DNA of 11,363 nucleotides, from NCBI RefSeq assembly GCF_006345805.1, contig NW_021826688.1:1-11363 (forward strand), given 5' to 3'. Numbering within the stretch: position 1 is the first letter of the stretch; every line of letters starts with the position of its first letter. The stretch comes from Octopus sinensis (Eukaryota). The position numbers and the translations under genes were made by a program. Below, piece after piece: positions 1 to 7,367 of the stretch. The notes under the pieces were generated by a model. That model saw only the letters and a program-made list of their open reading frames with translations. It made no database searches and had not been told where the DNA came from.

Positions 1-2410
1 GTGCTTAAAGAGAGATTGAGAGCTGAAAGAAGAGAAGAAGCGTCTATGTGCTTAAACAGAGATTGAGTGCTGAAAGAAGAGAAAATGCGTCTATGTGCTT
101 AAAGAGGGATTGAGAGCTGAAGAAGAGAAAGAAGCGTCTATGTGCTTAAAGAGAGATTGAGTGCTGAAAGAAGAGAAGAAGCGTCTATGTGCTTAAAGAG
201 AGATTGAGAGCTGAAAGAAGAGAAAGAAAGCGTCTATGTGCTTAAACAGAGATTGAGAGCTGAAAAGAGAAAGAAAGCGTCTATGTGCTAAAGAGAGATT
301 GAGAGCTGAAAGAAGAGGAAGAAAGCGTCTATGTGCTTAACAGAGATTGAGAGCTGAAAGAAGAGAAAGAATGCGTCTATGTGCTAAAGAGAGATTGAGT
401 GCTGAAGAAGAGAAGAAAGCGTCTATGTGCTTAAAGAGAGATTGAGTGCTGAAAGAAGAGGAAGAAGCGTCTATGTGCTTAAAGAGAGATTGAGAGCTGA
501 AGAGAGAAAGAAAGCGTCTATGTGCTTAAACAGAGATTGAGAGCTGAAAGAAGAGAAGAATGCGTCTATGTGCTTAAGAGAGATTGAGAGCTGAAAGAAG
601 AGGAAGAAAGCGTCTATGTGCTTAACAGAGATTGAGTGCTGAAAGAAGAGAAGAAAGCGTCTATGTGCTTAAACAGAGATTGAGAGCTGAAAGAAGAAAG
701 AAAGCGTCTATGTGCTTAAACAGAGATTGAGAGCTGAAAGAGAGAAAGAAGCGTCTATGTGCTTAAAGAGATTGAGAGCTGAAAGAAAGGAAGAAAGCGT
801 CTATGTGCTTAAGAGAGATTGAGAGCTGAAGAAGAGAAAGAAAGCGTCTATGTGCTTAAACAGAGATTGAGAGCTGAAAGAAGAAAGAAAGCGTCTATGT
901 GCTTAAAGAGAGATTGAGAGCTGAAAGAGAGAGAAAGAAAGCGTCTATGTGCTTAAAGAGATTGAGAGCTGAAAGAAGAAAGAAAGCGTCTATGTGCTTA
1001 AAGAGAGATTGAGTGCTGAAAGAAGAGAAAGAAGCGTCTATGTGCTTAAAGAGATTGAGAGCTGAAAGAAGAGAAGAAAGCGTCTATGTGCTTAAAGAGA
1101 GATTGAGAGCTGAAAGAAGAGAAAGAAAGCGTCTATGTGCTAAAGAGAGATTGAGCTGAAAGAAGAGAAAGAAAGCGTCTATGTGCTTAAAGGAGATTGA
1201 GTGCTGAAAGAAGAGAAAGAAAGCGTCTATGTGCTTAAAGAAGATTGAGAGCTGAAAGAAGAGAAAGAAAGCGTCTATGTGCTTAAACAGAGATTGAGAG
1301 CTGAAAGAAGAGAAAGAAAGCGTCTATGTGCTTAAAGAAGATTGAGAGCTGAAAGAAGAGAAGAAAGCGTCTATGTGCTTAAACAGAGATTGAGAGCTGA
1401 AAGAAGAGAAAGAAGCGTCTATGTGCTTAAGAGAGATTGAGAGCTGAAAGAAGAAAGAAAGCGTCTATGTGCTTAAAGAGAGATTGAGAGCTGAAAGAAG
1501 AGGAAGAAAGCGTCTATGTGCTTAAAGAAGATTGAGAGCTGAAAGAAGAGAAAGAACGTCTATGTGCTTAAAGAGATTGAGAGCTGAAGAAGAGAAGAAG
1601 CGTCTATGTGCTTAAAGAGATTGAGTGCTGAAAGAAGAGAAAGAAAGCGTCTATGTGCTTAAAGAGGGATTGAGAGCTGAAAGAAGAGAAGAAAGCGTCT
1701 ATGTGCTTAACAGAGATTGAGAGCTGAAAGAAGAGGAAGAAGCGTCTATGTGCTAAAGAGAGATTGAGAGCTGAAGAAGAGAAAGAAAGCGTCTATGTGC
1801 TTAAAGAGAGATTGAGTGCTGAAGAAGAGAAAGAAAGCGTCTATGTGCTTAAAGAAGATTGAGAGCTGAAGAAGAGAAAGAAGCGTCTATGTGCTTAAAG
1901 AGATTGAGAGCTGAAGAAGAGAAGAAGCGTCTATGTGCTTAAGAGAGATTGAGAGCTGAAAGAAGAGAAAGAAAGCGTCTATGCTTAAAGAGAGATTGAG
2001 AGCTGAAAGAAGAAAGAAAGCGTCTATGTGCTTAAAGAGAGATTGAGAGCTGAAAAAGAGAAGAAGCGTCTATGTGCTTAAGAGAGATTGAGAGCTGAAA
2101 GAAGAAGAAAGCGTCTATTGCTTAAAGAGAGATTGAGAGCTGAAGAAAGAAAAAAGCGTCTATGTGCTTAAAGAGAGATGAGAGCTGAAAGAAGAAAGAA
2201 AGCGTCTATGTGCTTAAAGAGAGATTGAGAGCTGAAAGAAGAGAAAGAAAGCGTCTATGTGCTTAAAGAGGATTGAGAGCTGAAAGAAGAAAGAAAGCGT
2301 CTATGTGCTTAAGAGAGATTGAGAGCTGAAAGAGAAAGAAAGCGTCTATGTGCTTAAAGAGAGTTTGAGAGCTTAAAGAAGAGAAGAAAGCGTCTATGTG
2401 CTTAAAGAGG
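1..2410. other. Deletion-rich segment of the array, probably low-accuracy sequence (low-coverage long-read consensus)
   Basis: Most units are 1-4 nt short through non-recurring deletions in A runs and GA dinucleotides. After about 2410, standard units are almost uniformly 49 bp until about 9140. The cause is inferred, not shown. Confidence 0.65.
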
Positions 2411-4740
2411 ATTGAGAGCTGAAAGAAGAGAAAGAAAGCGTCTATGTGCTTAAAGAGAGATTGAGAGCTGAAAGAAGAGAAAGAAAGCGTCTATGTGCTT
2501 AAAGAGAGATTGAGAGCTGAAAGAAGAGAAAGAAAGCGTCTATGTGCTTAAAGAGGGATTGAGAGCTGAAAGAAGAGGAAGAAAGCGTCTACGTGCTTAA
2601 AGAGAGATTGAGAGCTGAAAGAAGAGAAAGAAAGCGTCTATGTGCTTAAAGGGAGATTAAGAGCTGAAAGAAGAAAAGAAAGCGTCTATGTGCTTAAAGA
2701 GAGATTGAGAGCTTAAAGAAGAGAAAGAAAGCGTCTATGTGCTTGAAGAGAGATTGAGAGCTGAAAGAAGAGAAAGAAAGCGTCTATGTGCTTAAACAGA
2801 GATTGAGAGCTGAAAGAAGAGAAAGAAAGCGTCTATGTGCTTAAAGAGGTATTGAGAGCTGAAAGAAGAGAAAGAAAGCGTCTATGTGCTTAAAGAGAGA
2901 TTGAGAGCTGAAAGAAGAGAAAGAAAGCGTCTATGTGCTTAAACAGAGATTGAGAGCTGAAAGAAGAGAAAGAAAGCGTCTATGTGCTTGAAGAGAGATT
3001 GAGAGCTGAAAGAAGAGAAAGAAAGCGTCTATGTGCTTAAAGAGAGATTGAGAGCTGAAAGAAGAGAAAGAAAGCGTCTATGTGCTTGAAGAGAGATTGA
3101 GAGCTGAAAGAAGAGAAAGAAAGCGTCTATGTGCTTAAACAGAGATTGAGAGCTGAAAGAAGAGAAAGAAAGCGTCTATGTGCTTAAAGAGAGATTGAGA
3201 GCTGAAAGAAGAGAAAGAAAGCGTCTATGTGCTTAAACAGAGATTGAGAGCTGAAAGAAGAGAAAGAAAGCGTCAATGTGCTTAAACAGAGATTGAGAGC
3301 TGAAAGAAGAGAAAGAAAGCGTCTATGTGCTTAAAGAGAGATTGAGAGCTGAAAGAAGAGAAAGAAAGCGTCTATGTGCTTAAACAGAGATTGAGAGCTG
3401 AAAGAAGAGAAAGAAAGCGTCTATGTGCTTAAAGAGAGATTGAGAGCTGAAAGAAGAGAAAGAAAGCGTCTATGTACGTAAATGGAGATTGAGAGCTGAA
3501 AGAAGAGAAAGAAAGCGTCTATGTTTCTAAAGAGAGATTGAGAGCTGAAAGAAGAGACAGAAAGCGTCTATGTGCTTAAAGAGAGATTGAGAGCTGAAAG
3601 AAGAGAAAGAAAGCGTCTATGTGCTTAAAGAGAGATTGAGAGCTGAAAGAAGAGGAAGAAAGCGTCTATGTGCTTAAAGAGAGATTGAGAGCTGAAAGAA
3701 GAGAAAGAAAGCGTCTATGTGCTTAAACAGAGATTGAGAGCTGAAAGAAGAGAAAGAAAGCGTCTATGTGCTTAAACAGAGATTGAGAGCTGAAAGAAGA
3801 GAAAGAAAGCGTCTATGTGCTTAAAGAGAGATTGAGAGCTGAAAGAAGAGAAAGAAAGCGTCTACGTGCTTAAAGAGGGTTTGAGAGCTGAAAGAAGAGA
3901 AAGAAAGCGTCTATGTGCTTAAAAAGAGATTGAGAGCTGAAAGAAGAGAAAGAAAGAGTCTATGTGCTCAAAGAGAGATTGAGAGCTGAAAGAAGAGAAA
4001 GAAAGCGTCTATGTGCTTAAAGAGAGATTGAGAGCTGAAAGAAGAGGAAGAAAGCGTCTATGTGCTTAAAGAGAGATTGAGAGCTGAAAGAAGAGAAAGA
4101 AAGCGTCTATGTGCTTAAACAGAGATTGAGAGCTGAAAGAAGAGAAAGAAAGCGTCTATGTGCTTAAAGAGAGATTGAGAGCTGAAAGAAGAGAAAGAAA
4201 GCGTCTATGTGCTTAAAGAGGGATTGAGAGCTGAAAGAAGAGGAAGAAAGCGTCTATGTGCTTAAAGAGAGATTGAGAGCTGAAAGAAGAGAAAGAAAGC
4301 GTCTATGTGCTTAAAGAGAGATTGAGAGCTGAAAGAAGAGGAAGAAAGCGTCTATGTGCTTAAAGAGAGATTGAGAGCTGAAAGAAGAGAAAGAAAGCGT
4401 CTATGTGCTTAAAGAGAGATTGAGAGCTGAAAGAAGAGAAAGAAAGCGTCTATGTGCTTAAAGAGAGATTGAGAGCTGAAAGAAGAGAAAGAAAGCGTCT
4501 ATGTGCTTAAAGAGGGATTGAGAGCTGAAAGAAGAGGAAGAAAGCGTCTACGTGCTTAAAGAGAGATTGAGAGCTGAAAGAAGAAAAGAAAGCGTCTATG
4601 TGCTTAAAGAGAGATTGAGAGCTTAAAGAAGAGAAAGAAAGCGTCTATGTGCTTAAAGAGAGATTGAGAGCTGAAAGAAGAGAAAGAAAGCGTCTATGTG
4701 CTTAAAGAGAGATTGAGAGCTGAAAGAAGAGAAAGAAAGC

Positions 4741-4958
4741 GTCTATGTGCTTAAGGAGAGCTGAAAGAAGATAGATTGAGAGCTGAAAGAGGAGAGTAAG
4801 AATGAAGAGAAAGAAGAGAGATTGAGAGCTGAAAGAAGTGAAAGAAAGCGTCTATGTACTTAAGGAGAGCTGGAAGAAGATAGATTGAGAGCTGAAAGAG
4901 GAGAGTAAGAATGAAGAGAAAGAAGAGAGATTGAGAGCTGAAAGAAGTGAAAGAAAGC
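4741..4958 (+). repeat. Tandem dimer of a 109-bp rearranged composite unit (44-bp truncated unit + 19-bp short unit + 46-bp core-less unit)
   Basis: GTCTAT starts at 4741, 4850 and 4959. The two copies differ only at 4749/4858 (G/A) and 4764/4873 (A/G), and share private variants GAAGATAG, AAGAATGAAG and GAAGTGAAAG. Confidence 0.95.
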
Positions 4959-5044
4959 GTCTATGTGCTTAAAGGGAGATTGAGAGCTGAAAGAAGAAAA
5001 GAAAGCGTCTATGTGCTTAAAGAGAGATTGAGAGCTTAAAGAAG

Positions 5045-5344
5045 AGACGCTTTCTTCCTCTTCTTTCAGCTCTCAATCTCTCTTTAAGCACATAGACGCT
5101 TTCTTTCTCTTCTTTCAGCTCTCAATCTCTCTGTAAGCACATAGACGCTTTCTTCCTCTTCTTTCAGCTCTTAATCCATCTTTAAGCACTCAGACGCTTT
5201 CTTTCTCTTCTTTCAGCTCTCAATCTCTCTTTAAGCACATAGACGCTTTCTTTCTCTTCTTTCAGCTCTCAATCTCTCTTTAAGCATATAGACGCTCTTT
5301 TTCTCTTCTTTCAGCTCTCAATCTCTCTAAGTACATAGACGCTT
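5045..5344 (-). repeat. Inverted block of six 49-bp-family units plus 8 nt, embedded in the forward array
   Basis: The strand switches to pyrimidine-rich AGACGCTTTCTTTCTCTTCTTTCAGCTCTCAATCTCTCTTTAAGCACAT, the reverse complement of the consensus. Units start at 5045, 5094, 5143, 5192, 5241 and 5290, with a partial unit at 5337. Forward orientation resumes at GCTTAAAGAG (5341). Confidence 0.98.
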
Positions 5345-5595
5345 AAAGAGATTGAGAGCTGAAAGAAGAGAAAGAAAGCGTCTATGTGCTTAAAAAGAGA
5401 TTGAGAGCTGAAAGAAGAGAAAGAAAGCGTCTATGTGCTTAAAGAGAGATTGAGAGCTGACAGAAGAGAAAGAAAGCGTCTATGTGCTTAAAGAGGTATT
5501 GAGAGCTGAAAGAAGAGAAAGAAAGCGTCTATGTGCTTAAAGAGAGATTGAGAGCTGAAAGAAGAGAAAGAAAGCGTCTATGTGCTTAAAGAGAG

Positions 5596-5736
5596 ATTGA
5601 GAGCTGAAAGAGGAGAGTAAGAAAGAAGAGAAAGAAGAGAGATTGAGAGCTGAAAGAAGAGAAAGAATGCGTCTATGTGCTTAAAGAGAGATTGAGAGCT
5701 GAAAGATGAGAGTAAGAAAGAAGAGAAAGAAGAGAG
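5596..5736 (+). repeat. Pair of 46-bp core-less variant units flanking one 49-bp unit (95-bp local period)
   Basis: ATTGAGAGCTGAAAGA(G/T)GAGAGTAAGAAAGAAGAGAAAGAAGAGAG at 5596-5641 and 5691-5736. Both lack the GCGTCTATGTGCTTAA core. Confidence 0.95.
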
Positions 5737-7155
5737 ATTGAGAGCTGAAAGAAGAGAAAGAAAGCGTCTATGTGCTTAAAGAGAGATTGAGAGCTGAAAG
5801 AAGAGAAAGAAAGCGCCTATGTGCTTAAAGAGAGATTGAGAGCTGAAAGAAGAGAAAGAAAGCGTCTATGTGCTTAAAGAGGGATTGAGAGCTGAAAGAA
5901 GAGGAAGAAAGCGTCTACGTGCTTAAAGAGAGGTTGAGAGCTGAAAGAAGAGAAAGAAAGCGTCTATGTGCTTAAAGAGAGATTGAGAGCTGAAAGAAGA
6001 GGAAGAAAGCGTCTATGTGCTTAAAGAGAGATTGAGAGCTGAAAGAAGAGAAAGAAAGCGTCTATGTGCTTAAAGAGAGATTGAGAGCTTAAAGAAGAGA
6101 AAGAAAGCGTCTATGTGCTTAAAGAGAGATTGAGAGCTAAAAGAAGAGAAAGAAAGCGTCTATGTGCTTAAAGAGAGATTGAGAGCTAAAAGAAGAGAAA
6201 GAAAGCGTCTATGTGCTTAAAGAGAGATTGAGAGCTGAAAGAAGAGAAAGAAAGCGTCTATGTGCTTAAAGAGAGATTGAGAGCTGAAAGAAGAGAAAGA
6301 AAGCGTCTATGTGCTTAAAGAGGGATTGAGAGCTGAAAGAAGAGAAAGAAAGCGTCTATGTGCTTAAAGAGAGATTGAGAGCTGAAAGAAGAGAAAGAAA
6401 GCGTCTATGTGCTTAAAGAGAGATTGAGAGCTGAAAGAAGAGAAAGAAAGCGTCTATGTGCTTAAAGAGAGATTGAGAGCTGAAAGAAGAGAAAGAAAGC
6501 GTCTATGTGCTTAAAGAGAGATTGAGAGCTAAAAGAAGAGAAAGAAAGCGTCTATGTGCTTAAAGAGAGATTGAGAGCTGAAAGAAGAAAAGAAAGCGTC
6601 TATGTGCTTAAAGAGAGATTGAGAGCTTAAAGAAGAGAAAGAAAGCGTCTATGTGCTTAAAGAGAGATTGAGAGCTAAAAGAAGAGAAAGAAAGCGTCTA
6701 TGTGCTTAAAGAGAGATTGAGAGCTGAAAGAAGACAAAGAAAGCGTCTATGTGCTTAAAGAGGGATTGAGAGCTGAAAGAAGAGGAAGAAAGCGTCTACG
6801 TGCTTAAAGAGAGGTTGAGAGCTGAAAGAAGAGAAAGAAAGCGTCTATGTGCTTAAAGGGAGATTGAGAGCTGAAAGAAGAAAAGAAAGCGTCTATGTGC
6901 TTAAAGAGAGATTGAGAGCTTAAAGAAGAGAAAGAAAGCGTCTATGTGCTTAAAGAGAGATTGAGAGCTGAAAGAAGAGAAAGAAAGCGTCTATGTGCTT
7001 AAACAGAGATTGAGAGCTGAAAGAAGAGAAAGAAAGCGTCTATGTGCTTAAAGAGGTATTGAGAGCTGAAAGAAGAGAAAGAAAGCGTCTATGTGCTTAA
7101 AGAAGGATTGAGAGCTGAAAGAAGAGAATGAAAGCGTCTATGTGCTTAAAGAGAG

Positions 7156-7367
7156 ATTGAGAGCTGAAAGAAGAGAAAGAAAGCGTCTATTTGCTTAAAG
7201 AGAGATTGAGAGCTGAAAGAGGAGAGTAAGAAAGAAGAGAAAGAAGAGAGATTGAGAGCTGAAAGAAGAGAAAGAAAGCGTCTATTTGCTTAAAGAGAGA
7301 TTGAGAGCTGAAAGAGGAGAGTAAGAAAGAAGAGAAAGAAGAGAGATTGAGAGCTGAAAGAAGAGAG
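7156..7367 (+). repeat. 95-bp tandem duplication (49-bp TATTTG-variant unit + 46-bp core-less unit, twice) followed by a 22-bp truncated unit
   Basis: ATT-anchored units start at 7156 (49 bp), 7205 (46), 7251 (49), 7300 (46) and 7346 (22; ATTGAGAGCTGAAAGAAGAGAG). Both 49-bp units carry TCTATTTGCT. Confidence 0.95.

Noticed and set aside
1-2410. Information-bearing length variation among units at the left end
   Set aside because: The deletions fall in homopolymer and dinucleotide runs, do not recur in linked patterns and match known long-read error modes.
5045-5344. Transposon/MITE insertion or invertible phase-variation switch
   Set aside because: The segment consists only of array units, with no terminal inverted repeats, target-site duplication, dedicated recombination sites or recombinase gene. 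The junctions show only 3-4 nt of microhomology.
4745-5344. Fold-back or missed-adapter read artefact as the cause of the inversion
   Set aside because: A fold-back would mirror the adjacent sequence, including the 109-bp composite units, and would normally not switch back. The block has its own variants and two clean junctions. A chimera is disfavoured but not excluded without reads.
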